Shown here: positions 1-8,139 of the stretch, piece after piece
Position numbering within the stretch: position 1 is the stretch's first letter
Layout of the letters: each line of letters begins with the position of its first letter
Source of the DNA: an uncultured Candidatus Saccharibacteria bacterium
Lineage (GTDB): Bacteria; Patescibacteriota; WWE3; UBA101185; UBA10185
NCBI GenBank assembly: GCA_964427965.1
Contig: CAYRWK010000002.1
Location: forward strand, 1-38,107
Direction of reading: 5' to 3'
DNA: 38,107 nucleotides
Notes under the pieces: model-generated
The model's database searches: none
The model's input: only the letters and a program-made list of their open reading frames with translations
What the model was told of the DNA's origin: nothing
Position numbers and translations under genes: made by a program

Positions 1-1029
1 GAGGATATTACCGTCGACTTAAATTCCGAAACAGGTGAAGCAAAAATCTTAAAGGGCAAAAAAGATGTTACACCCGCCGGCTTTGGTAGAATTGCCGCTC
101 AAACAGCCAAGCAAGTCATTTTACAAAAAATTCGCGAGACCGAAAAAGACGTTATTTTGGATGAATATAAATCAAAAGTAGGAACAATTGTCAGCGGACA
201 TGTTTTTAGAATAGAGAACAACACCATTATTTTAGATCTTGGTAAGGCTCACGGCATCATGCCTCAATCAGAGCAGGTGAATTCCGAAACCTATAAAATC
301 AACCAAAAATTAAAAGTATTAATCAAAGATATTCGTGAAGCATCACGTGGCACTGAAATAATCGTATCCAGAGCTGATCCCGATTTTATCAAAAAGTTAT
401 TTGAACAAGAAGTACCTGAAATAGCATCAGGTGTTGTAAAAATTGAAGCAATGGCTAGAGAAGCCGGCTCTCGTACCAAAATGGCCGTATCTTCCAGTGA
501 CGAGAAGATTGATCCGGTTGGAAGCTGCGTTGGTCAAAAAGGCGTAAGAGTACAGGCTATTATCAACGAAGTCTTTGGTGAAAAGATTGACATCATTCCC
601 TACTCTGCCAATACAGAAAAATTTGTGGCATCAAGCCTTTCACCTGCAAGAGTAACTGAAGTTGTTTTGGATCAAGCTGAGAAAAAAGCAACCGTTTCAG
701 TACCTGAAGATCAACAGTCGTTGGCAATTGGTAAAGAAGGTCAAAACGCCCGACTTGCTAATAAACTTACCCGATGGAAAATTGATATCAAAGGCGTTAA
801 AGGTGTTTTTGGTGATGATGTTGCCGATGACAAGCCTACTAAAGACGATAAACTTGGAGTAAGAGGCGTTTGGGATGAAGCTATAAGAAAAGCTGAGGCT
901 ATGGAACAGGCTGAAAAAGAAGAAAAGGACGAAATGGAAAAGTCCAAAGCGGAAACTGCCGCCAATCTTGAGACTGACGCTCCAGAAACAACCGAACCTG
1001 AAGTTAAAGATCAACCTTCCGTTGAGTAA
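1..1029 (+). CDS. nusA: Transcription termination/antitermination factor NusA, 5'-truncated by the window edge
   Basis: Frame 1 is open from base 1 (EDITVDLNSETGEAKIL...), upstream of the listed TTG at 157. S1-like segment (GTIVSGHVFRIENNTIILDLG) and two KH motifs (VGSCVGQKGVRVQ, LAIGKEGQNARLA). Acidic C-terminal tail. Lies upstream of infB as in the conserved nusA-infB operon. Confidence 0.9.
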   Translation, partial: EDITVDLNSETGEAKILKGKKDVTPAGFGRIAAQTAKQVILQKIRETEKDVILDEYKSKVGTIVSGHVFRIENNTIILDLGKAHGIMPQSEQVNSETYKINQKLKVLIKDIREASRGTEIIVSRADPDFIKKLFEQEVPEIASGVVKIEAMAREAGSRTKMAVSSSDEKIDPVGSCVGQKGVRVQAIINEVFGEKIDIIPYSANTEKFVASSLSPARVTEVVLDQAEKKATVSVPEDQQSLAIGKEGQNARLANKLTRWKIDIKGVKGVFGDDVADDKPTKDDKLGVRGVWDEAIRKAEAMEQAEKEEKDEMEKSKAETAANLETDAPETTEPEVKDQPSVE

Positions 1030-1105
1030 AAATGGACAGGATGGCATTTAATACAAGTAAAAAGAGGAGAATACTTAAAGACAATTTGTGGAAAGATGTA
1101 TTGTT

Positions 1106-2599
1106 ATGGTACAAAAAGACGTTAAAACAACAACCGAAAGCTTTATTAGACCGCCTATCGTTACAGTCATGGGTCACGTCGACCATGGAAAAACTAGCAT
1201 TCTCGACGTTATAAGACATACAAATGTTCAAGGTAAAGAATACGCGGGTATTACTCAGCATATTGGTGCTTACCAAATTGAACACAATTCCAAAAAAATT
1301 ACTTTCATAGATACTCCGGGACATGCCGCATTTTCTCAAATGCGCGCTCGTGGGGGTAAAGCTGCTGATATTGTCATTTTAGTGGTAGCGGCAAATGAAG
1401 GTGTGATGCCTCAAACCAAAGAATCTATTATGCACGCTAAAGCTGCCGGTGTTCCTATTATTGTTGCAATAAATAAAATAGATGTTGCCGGATCTGATCC
1501 TTCAAAAGTAAAACAAGAATTAGCCCGTGAAAACGTGTTGGTAGAGGATTGGGGAGGGGACGTGGTTGCGGTTGAGGTTTCAGCTAAAACAGGCCAAAAC
1601 ATTACAGGATTATTGGATGCAATTTTGGCACAGGCGGAAATGCTTGAATTAAAGGCAAATCCAAAGGGTGAGTTGGAGGGTGTTGTGATTGAATCCAAGC
1701 TTGATGTTAAAAAGGGTGTTGTTAGCACCGTTATTATTAAGAATGGAACTTTACGTGTGGCTGACGAAGTAACAGCAAGTGGTCACGAGGCAAAAATTAG
1801 ATCAATCGTTGATGATAAGGGTGTAAGCTTGCGCGAAGCGGGACCCGCGACACCTGTTGAGATATTGGGTTTTTGTGGACTTCCTAATGTTGGAGATTTA
1901 TTGCTACAAAAAGGAAGCGAACTTGCCCAACTTTCTATTGATGAGAACCGCGTAGAAATTATTGGTAAAAACGCCAAAAGAACGGTTGCAGTTGTGGTTA
2001 GAGCTGATACTCAAGGAACGTTAGAAGCTGTAAAACAAGGTTTAGCCAATTTGGTTAGCGAATCGGTAGGTAATTCTTTTGCCATCAAGTTTTTACATGC
2101 ATCAACGGGGGATATAACCGACTCAGACGTATCTCTAGCACAATGCGCTAAGGGTATGGTAATTGGGTTTGATGTAAAAGTTCCTCCTATGGTTGCTGAT
2201 CTTGCTGAAAGCGTTAAGGTACCTGTTAAAAGCTATAGAACAATATACGATCTTATTGCTGAGGTAAAAGATTTTTTGGAAGGCAAAGCTTTTGATGCAG
2301 AGTCAAAAATCAAGGGTAGGGCGCAAGTAATCAAGATTTTCAAGCTTCAATCTGGAGATATGGTCATTGGCTCCAAGGTTATTGCCGGAGCGTTAAAAGA
2401 GGGTGTAAGAGTGTCTATTTTTGATAAAAACCCTGCGGATGTTCAAAAAGAGGATGAGCCTTTGTTTATAGGTACAATCAAAACCCTTAAAAAAGGAAGT
2501 GAGGAAGTTACCTTAGTTGGTAAGGATAATGAGTGCGGTGTCATGCTAAAACCCCAGTTTGATGCTATAAAAGAGGGTATGTGGATCGAAGTTCGCTAA
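1106..2599 (+). CDS. infB: Translation initiation factor IF-2, short form without the long N-terminal region
   Basis: GTPase motifs VMGHVDHGKTS, DTPGH and NKID, followed by IF-2 domains. The ORF opens at GTG 1088. ATG 1106 (MVQKDVK...) is chosen as the likelier start, but the start is uncertain. Confidence 0.92.
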   Translation: MVQKDVKTTTESFIRPPIVTVMGHVDHGKTSILDVIRHTNVQGKEYAGITQHIGAYQIEHNSKKITFIDTPGHAAFSQMRARGGKAADIVILVVAANEGVMPQTKESIMHAKAAGVPIIVAINKIDVAGSDPSKVKQELARENVLVEDWGGDVVAVEVSAKTGQNITGLLDAILAQAEMLELKANPKGELEGVVIESKLDVKKGVVSTVIIKNGTLRVADEVTASGHEAKIRSIVDDKGVSLREAGPATPVEILGFCGLPNVGDLLLQKGSELAQLSIDENRVEIIGKNAKRTVAVVVRADTQGTLEAVKQGLANLVSESVGNSFAIKFLHASTGDITDSDVSLAQCAKGMVIGFDVKVPPMVADLAESVKVPVKSYRTIYDLIAEVKDFLEGKAFDAESKIKGRAQVIKIFKLQSGDMVIGSKVIAGALKEGVRVSIFDKNPADVQKEDEPLFIGTIKTLKKGSEEVTLVGKDNECGVMLKPQFDAIKEGMWIEVR

Positions 2600-2670
2600 T
2601 TTATGCCATAAAAGGGCTATTTTGTTGTAGGTACGTTGTTAGATCGCAGTTTTTTACCAAAATCCCACCA

Positions 2671-2699
2671 TTGACACTATAGGTTCTTTATAGTAAAAT
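2671..2699 (+). promoter_or_regulatory. Sigma70-type promoter: TTGACA, 17-nt spacer, TAAAAT
   Basis: TTGACA at 2671-2676, 17-nt spacer, TAAAAT at 2694-2699. Lies in the 146-nt infB/next-gene spacer, about 47 nt upstream of ATG 2746. Confidence 0.5.
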
Positions 2700-2745
2700 C
2701 CTTCAGTTACAACGAGAAACCCTTATTGGGTCATAAAAACACACT

Positions 2746-3414
2746 ATGGAATTACTTGAAACAAACTACAATCAAAAAATAAAAGAACTTATTGAAGGGG
2801 CAAAACATATTGCAATTATTCCCTCCAAAGTTGCAGGTGTTAACGCATTTTGTGCAGGTGTTGGTTTATATCACATGCTTATCGAAAAAGAAAAAGCAGT
2901 GTCTTTTATTTACCCAGGTAAAACTCCCGATGGTTGTGTGGATTTAATCAAAAAAGAAGAAATTACTTCCAACGTGAGTGAGCGTGAATTGTATATAACA
3001 ATAGATTACTCAAACACTCCCGCTGCTAACGTACATTATTCAACCGATAATGATATTTTAACTTTAAAATTGAGCCCGGTAGAAAAAGACTTTGATTTGT
3101 CTAAAGTAAAAGCAACCTTAGGCGGATTTGATTTTGATGTAGTTATTACAATCGGGATTTTAGATTTTGATGACTTTGGTCATGTATACAACTCTCTTAA
3201 TTCGGAGATTAGGATGGCCAAAATCTTAAATATTGATCACACCTCCAAGAACGCAAAATTCGGTAATTTAAACGTGGTTGACACCTCTTCCGATACTTTA
3301 AGTTTAATAGTTTACAAAAATGCTATGGAGTGGGGTCTTAGTCACAATGTAAAATCAGCCAAGGCATTGTTAAGCGGTATAACCTATAACGAGCAAAAGG
3401 TTGATAAAAGTTAA
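2746..3414 (+). CDS. DHH-domain-only protein with degenerate catalytic motifs (NrnA-like N-terminal domain, no DHHA1)
   Basis: ILNIDHTSKNAKFGNLNVVDTSSDTLS aligns by eye with the NrnA motif III region (KIDHHPN...VDTSASS), with DHH changed to DHT. In motif I the Asp residues are absent (IAIIPSKVAGVNAF). The protein ends at 222 aa, before any DHHA1 domain. Confidence 0.6.
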   Translation: MELLETNYNQKIKELIEGAKHIAIIPSKVAGVNAFCAGVGLYHMLIEKEKAVSFIYPGKTPDGCVDLIKKEEITSNVSERELYITIDYSNTPAANVHYSTDNDILTLKLSPVEKDFDLSKVKATLGGFDFDVVITIGILDFDDFGHVYNSLNSEIRMAKILNIDHTSKNAKFGNLNVVDTSSDTLSLIVYKNAMEWGLSHNVKSAKALLSGITYNEQKVDKS

Positions 3415-3439
3415 TGATTTTGTTAATATACTTTAGTTT

Positions 3440-3709
3440 ATGGCGTTAATAAAAGAAAAAAAGACTCAAATAATCAAAGGCAACCGACTTCATGAAACCG
3501 ATACCGGTTCTCCAGAAGTGCAGGTAGCTTTGTTGTCTGAAAAGATAGTTAAGCTAACAGGTCATCTAAAACTCCATAAAAAAGATAACCATTCAAGAAG
3601 AGGTCTCCTTCAAATGGTTAATAAGAGAAGAAGACTTTTATCTTATCTTAAAGGTAAGGACGAAGAAAGATATCAAGGAGTTCTCGAGAAACTTGAGCTT
3701 TCTAAGTGA
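3440..3709 (+). CDS. rpsO: 30S ribosomal protein S15
   Basis: 89 aa with [37 protein letters not shown]. Conserved rpsO-pnp arrangement. Confidence 0.95.
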   Translation: MALIKEKKTQIIKGNRLHETDTGSPEVQVALLSEKIVKLTGHLKLHKKDNHSRRGLLQMVNKRRRLLSYLKGKDEERYQGVLEKLELSK

Positions 3710-3747
3710 TTAATTAATTGTATTATTGAAAGGTGAATAGACGGACA

Positions 3748-3812
3748 GGGATTAAGGCATGAAATATTGCGCATTCAAAACGATTGTGCTCAGTATTGCA
3801 TCTCTTAGTCCC
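3748..3812 (+). promoter_or_regulatory. Long imperfect hairpin in the rpsO-pnp intergenic leader
   Basis: The 5' arm 3748-3774 pairs with the 3' arm 3786-3812. About 27 stacked positions, with 3 mismatches and about 5 G-U pairs, and an 11-nt loop. No U-tract follows, so it is not a classical terminator. Confidence 0.5.
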
Positions 3813-3835
3813 CTTACGCACTATCAAAAATAAAA

Positions 3836-6022
3836 ATGAATAAAATTGTACGAAAAGAAATCGAATTTAACGGTAAAAAATTGATTTTGGAAACCGGTAA
3901 GTTAGCTATGCTTGCTAATATGTCGGTTAAAGCAACCTATGGTGATACTGTAGTTTTAGTAACAGCTGTATCGGGTGTTGCCAATCCGGATATAGACTTT
4001 TTCCCATTAACGGTTATTTACGAAGAAAAACTTTACGCGAGTGGCTCTATAAAAACATCCCGTTTTGTAAAAAGAGATGGTAGACCTACTGATGAAGCTG
4101 TAGTTATAAAAAGACTCATCGATCACGCTATAAGGCCGCTTTTTGCAAGCGACTTTATGGATGAAGTTCAAGTTGTGGCAACTGTGTTGTCCCTTGATGA
4201 CACTTCTGACCCGGAGTTTTTAAGCATGATCGCGACCTCGGCTTGTTTGCATGCGTCTGACATTCCTTGGGAAGGTCCGATGGTCAGTGCGAGAGTTGGT
4301 TTTTTTGATAACGACTATAGAATGAATCCTTCCAAAGAGGATCGTGAGAAAAAATCAGAACTGGATATGATTGTTTCATATGTTGGTGATGAGCAAAGAT
4401 TTTTAGCTGTTGAAGCCGAAGCTTCTATTTTGCCCGAGGAAAAGATCTTAGGCGCAATGGAGTTTGCAAGAGAAAAAACCAAACCACTTATCGACTTCAT
4501 TAACGACTTTGCAAAAGAAGTTAATCCCGAAGCTCATAAGTATATTTACGTTTCCAAGAAACTTGATGAAGGTTTGGTAAGAGATATTACTGAAGCCACT
4601 TCTCAAAAAGTAAAAGAAATGTTTTCTCTTGGCTTTGATAAAACAAAGTTAAAGGAAGAACAAGACCTAATGATGGAAGAGGTTTTTATCAAGTTTGAAG
4701 GTAAATACAAAAGAGCTGATATGGTTCGTGCTTCTTATGAGGTTCAGAAACACGCTTTACAACATATGATTTTGGAAGAAGGCAAAAGACCCGATGGTCG
4801 CGCTATTACCGAAGTCAGACAAATCACAGCGGAAGTTGGTGTTTTACCTAGAACCCACGGCAGTGCTTTGTTCACAAGAGGAGTAACCCAGGTATTAACA
4901 GTTGCTACACTTGGCTCACCTTCTTTGGAGTTACTAGTGCAAAACATGTATGGTGAAAGCACAAAACGATATATGCACTATTACAACTTTCCACCTTTTT
5001 CGGTTGGTGAAACAGGTAGAATGGGTGCTCCGGGCTCACGTGAAATAGGGCATGGAATGCTTGCTGAAAAAGCTTTAATACCTGTCATTCCGGCTCAAAA
5101 AGACTTTCCTTATACCATTATTTTGATGTCAGAAACATTGGCTTCCAGTGGTTCCAGCTCAATGGCTTCTGCCTGCGGATCAACTATGGCCCTAATGGAT
5201 GCAGGAGTTCCTATAAAAGAAATGGTGGCAGGAGTTGGCGTGGGCTTAATTGTTAACGACGATATGACCAAATCATGTTTGATGACAGATCTTGCTTACA
5301 TGGAAGATGCCTTTGGATTTATGGACTTTAAGATGACCGGAACTCGAAGAGGTGTTACAGCTATTCAAGCTGATATCAAGGCAAAAGGTATTCCGTTTTC
5401 ACTTATGCCAAAGATAATGGAACAGTCTAAAGAAGGCAGAATGCACGTTTTGGACGAAATGGAAAAAGTTATGACTACTCCAAGAGCCAAAGTATCACAA
5501 TATGCTCCAAAATCTTTTACTACAACTATTGAGGTAGATAAGATCGGGCTTGTAATTGGTAGTGGTGGAAGAACAATTAAGGATATACAGGAAAAAACCG
5601 GTGCAGAACTTTCTATTGATGAGGACGGTACAGTAACCGCTTCGTCTGTAGATGAGGCAAGTGCTAAAAAGGCTTTAGAGATAGTTGATGCTTTAGTTAA
5701 AGATGTTAAAGCCGGAGAAATTTACGATGGAATTGTTAAAGAGGTTGTCGATTTTGGCGCCTTTGTTGAAATATTACCCGGTAAGCAAGGTTTACTGCAC
5801 ATTAGTGAGCTTTCGGGTGAGTATGTCTCCAGAGTAGAAGATGTTGTTAATGTTGGTGATACAGTTAAAGTTAAGGTTTTGGAAGTTGGTAGAGATGGTA
5901 AAATTAGTCTTTCCAAAAAGGCTTTAGATCCTAATGCTCCTCAAACTTCCGAAAGAAGCGGCGGTCGCTTTAATAGAAATGACAGACCTGACAACGGAAG
6001 AAGCCGAAGACCTAGGTATTGA
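3836..6022 (+). CDS. pnp: Polyribonucleotide nucleotidyltransferase (PNPase)
   Basis: 728 aa with two RNase PH-like domains, a KH domain (IGLVIGSGGRTIKDIQ) and an S1 domain (GEIYDGIVKEVVDFGAFVEILPGKQGLLHISE). It has an extra Arg-rich C-terminal tail. Confidence 0.95.
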   Translation: MNKIVRKEIEFNGKKLILETGKLAMLANMSVKATYGDTVVLVTAVSGVANPDIDFFPLTVIYEEKLYASGSIKTSRFVKRDGRPTDEAVVIKRLIDHAIRPLFASDFMDEVQVVATVLSLDDTSDPEFLSMIATSACLHASDIPWEGPMVSARVGFFDNDYRMNPSKEDREKKSELDMIVSYVGDEQRFLAVEAEASILPEEKILGAMEFAREKTKPLIDFINDFAKEVNPEAHKYIYVSKKLDEGLVRDITEATSQKVKEMFSLGFDKTKLKEEQDLMMEEVFIKFEGKYKRADMVRASYEVQKHALQHMILEEGKRPDGRAITEVRQITAEVGVLPRTHGSALFTRGVTQVLTVATLGSPSLELLVQNMYGESTKRYMHYYNFPPFSVGETGRMGAPGSREIGHGMLAEKALIPVIPAQKDFPYTIILMSETLASSGSSSMASACGSTMALMDAGVPIKEMVAGVGVGLIVNDDMTKSCLMTDLAYMEDAFGFMDFKMTGTRRGVTAIQADIKAKGIPFSLMPKIMEQSKEGRMHVLDEMEKVMTTPRAKVSQYAPKSFTTTIEVDKIGLVIGSGGRTIKDIQEKTGAELSIDEDGTVTASSVDEASAKKALEIVDALVKDVKAGEIYDGIVKEVVDFGAFVEILPGKQGLLHISELSGEYVSRVEDVVNVGDTVKVKVLEVGRDGKISLSKKALDPNAPQTSERSGGRFNRNDRPDNGRSRRPRY

Positions 6023-6057
6023 TTAATCTTAGGTAGATAGGTGCTAAAATAGTAACA

Positions 6058-7020
6058 ATGTCCCAAAGACTCTGCCCAAAATGTAAAAGGTCATTAACTG
6101 ATCAGGAAAACTACTTTTGTTCTTCTTGCGGTGAAAGTTTGGAGCAATCGCTAATAAAACACCCTTTGATTACAGTTAAGGAAACATTTGTACCTTCCAG
6201 AACCAAGGCTATTTACGGCTTTGGTTTAAAGGTTTGGGGGTTTATCAAAGATAATCTGTTTCACCCCGAAATAGACAAAAGCTTATTCATAACCCTGTTT
6301 TCTATTGTATTAATCATAGGGGTTGCGATAGTGGTTATTCCAAAACTTAAAAACTTTTTATATCAATCTTCCATCGCAACTAACTCCCCACTATCAGACA
6401 CAAAAAATGAAAAAAAGGATGATAACTTGGTGGTACTAGATATTGGTGCAAGGTCTGGTGCGTTTTATCAAGATAATCTATCTGCATATGTTCCAAGAGA
6501 TAGTGAGTTTTACGTTGAATCAGGTGATTACGTCTTTTTTGCAGACTATTTATTGGAGGATTTGGAGAAGTATAAATTAATGGTAGAAAAATCCGAAATG
6601 TTATTAAACGGTAGCTTTGCACTCTTTGGTATAAAAATTGATAACAACTGGGAAGGTGGGGCTATTTTGACACCAAAAAGCGTTGCCGTAGTTGAAGATG
6701 AAGTTAAGGAATCTTCTGTATCAGAAGTAAAATTAAAGATAATTCAAGATAAACTGGTTATTGCGACAAGTGAAAAAATATTTCCTTTGGTAGAGGATGC
6801 CGCTAAAGGCATGGCTCCAAGTATTGAAGCAGCACCATTTTTTGCTTCAGCTAAAGCAAAATTGCCCAAAGAAGGAAAGATTATAGTTTTATTTAAAGAA
6901 GTTCCAAGCAAAGAAGTGATTTCTCTAATTATCAAAAACATTCCAAGCGATAAGCTAAAAATCCTGCTAGAAGAAATTCTTAAGTCGGGATACAATGAAT
7001 TAATTGTAGTGGAAAAATAA
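6058..7020 (+). CDS. Hypothetical membrane protein: N-terminal CxxC...CxxC zinc ribbon, one TM helix and an uncharacterised C-terminal domain
   Basis: CPKCKRSL...FCSSCG near the N-terminus. Hydrophobic helix LFITLFSIVLIIGVAIVVIP. No motif recognised in the roughly 220-aa C-terminal part. Confidence 0.6.
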   Translation: MSQRLCPKCKRSLTDQENYFCSSCGESLEQSLIKHPLITVKETFVPSRTKAIYGFGLKVWGFIKDNLFHPEIDKSLFITLFSIVLIIGVAIVVIPKLKNFLYQSSIATNSPLSDTKNEKKDDNLVVLDIGARSGAFYQDNLSAYVPRDSEFYVESGDYVFFADYLLEDLEKYKLMVEKSEMLLNGSFALFGIKIDNNWEGGAILTPKSVAVVEDEVKESSVSEVKLKIIQDKLVIATSEKIFPLVEDAAKGMAPSIEAAPFFASAKAKLPKEGKIIVLFKEVPSKEVISLIIKNIPSDKLKILLEEILKSGYNELIVVEK

Positions 7021-7026
7021 CAATAT

Positions 7027-8112
7027 ATGGCAGATGTAAAAAATTCACAAAATCCAAAAGAAGAATACCTGTTTAAGGAACTTACGGCTCTTTCTGACAA
7101 GGTGAAAAATACTAAAGGCCTGCCTGAGGATTTGGAAGGCAAACTTAACCAAATGCTTCAGCGTTTGAATATGATGGCAACGCTTGGGCATTATGCACAG
7201 GAGTTTGACACAATGTCCCGTTATATTGATGTTGTTACAACCATTCCTTGGGTTGCAAAAACCGAGGATAAGCTTGATTTAACTGAGGCTAAGGCGATAT
7301 TAGATAAAAATCACTTTGGGATGGAGTATGTAAAAGAAAGAATGATGGAGTATTTGGCAACAATGTTGTTGCTTAAACAACGTGGTTCTAACGCTATAGC
7401 AAAATCACCAATTTTATTGCTTGTTGGGCTTCAAGGTGTAGGTAAGACCACTTTAGCAATTTCTATTGCAGAAGCACTAAATAGAAAGTTCATGCGTATT
7501 TCTATCGGCGCAATTGGTTCCGTTTTGGAGCTTAGAGGTCGTAGCAAAGTATTTCCTGAGGCTGAGCCCGGACAGATTATTAAAGCTTTAATGAAAACCC
7601 AGGTAAAAAACCCGGTAATTTTGTTGGATGAAATTGAAAAAGCTTCAGGTGAAACCGGTTTACGATCCGATATTATGGCAACTCTACTTGAAATACTGGA
7701 TCCAAATCAAAACCCAACTTTTAGAGATCACTATATTGATTATCCATACGACTTATCTGATGTGTTGTTTATTTGTTCAGCTAATAACACCGGTACAATT
7801 TCGACCCCTCTTATGGATCGTATGGAGTTAATAAAAATGCCTTCCTACACCGATAATGAAAAATTAGTGATTGCTCGCGATTACCTTATGCCTAAGATTT
7901 TTGAAAAGACGGGGCTTAAAGAAGGGGAGCTTAAGATTGATCCAAATCTTTGGCCAAATATTGTGCGCCCATTTGGCTATGATTCCGGTATTAGAAGCTT
8001 AGGCAGAACTTTGGAAAGTATTTGCAGAAAGGTTGCACTTGAGATTGTTACCGGAAAGAGTACTTCTGTAGCTATTACACAGGATAATCTTAAGTACTAT
8101 CTGCCCAAGTAA
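7027..8112 (+). CDS. Lon-family AAA+ ATPase module without N-terminal substrate domain or protease domain
   Basis: Aligns by eye with E. coli Lon from about MPKEAKEKA..LQKLKMM to about GDNLHDYLG. Walker A is GLQGVGKTT and Walker B is VILLDEIEK. Other matching segments are LLEILDPNQN..F.DHY.D..YDLS.V.F, PLMDRMELI and GIRSLGR. The ORF stops where the Lon protease domain would begin. Confidence 0.8.
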   Translation: MADVKNSQNPKEEYLFKELTALSDKVKNTKGLPEDLEGKLNQMLQRLNMMATLGHYAQEFDTMSRYIDVVTTIPWVAKTEDKLDLTEAKAILDKNHFGMEYVKERMMEYLATMLLLKQRGSNAIAKSPILLLVGLQGVGKTTLAISIAEALNRKFMRISIGAIGSVLELRGRSKVFPEAEPGQIIKALMKTQVKNPVILLDEIEKASGETGLRSDIMATLLEILDPNQNPTFRDHYIDYPYDLSDVLFICSANNTGTISTPLMDRMELIKMPSYTDNEKLVIARDYLMPKIFEKTGLKEGELKIDPNLWPNIVRPFGYDSGIRSLGRTLESICRKVALEIVTGKSTSVAITQDNLKYYLPK

Positions 8113-8139
8113 CGGTTATGACTATTTTCCCAACAATTT

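Noticed and set aside
697-1047. Minus-strand ORFs (116 aa and 74 aa) opposite the nusA 3' end
   Set aside because: Antisense to the acidic, GAA/AAG-rich NusA tail, which creates long stop-free antisense frames. No motifs or independent signals.
1032-1214. 60-aa ORF overlapping the infB start in another frame
   Set aside because: It overlaps the conserved IF-2 G-domain coding sequence and has no features of its own. Most likely spurious.
3759-3833. 24-codon upstream ORF (MKYCAFKTIVLSIASLSPLTHYQK) in the pnp leader, ending 2 nt before the pnp ATG
   Set aside because: Its length is within chance expectation. It has no SD or promoter logic and coincides with the hairpin arms. It is more parsimoniously explained as RNA structure.
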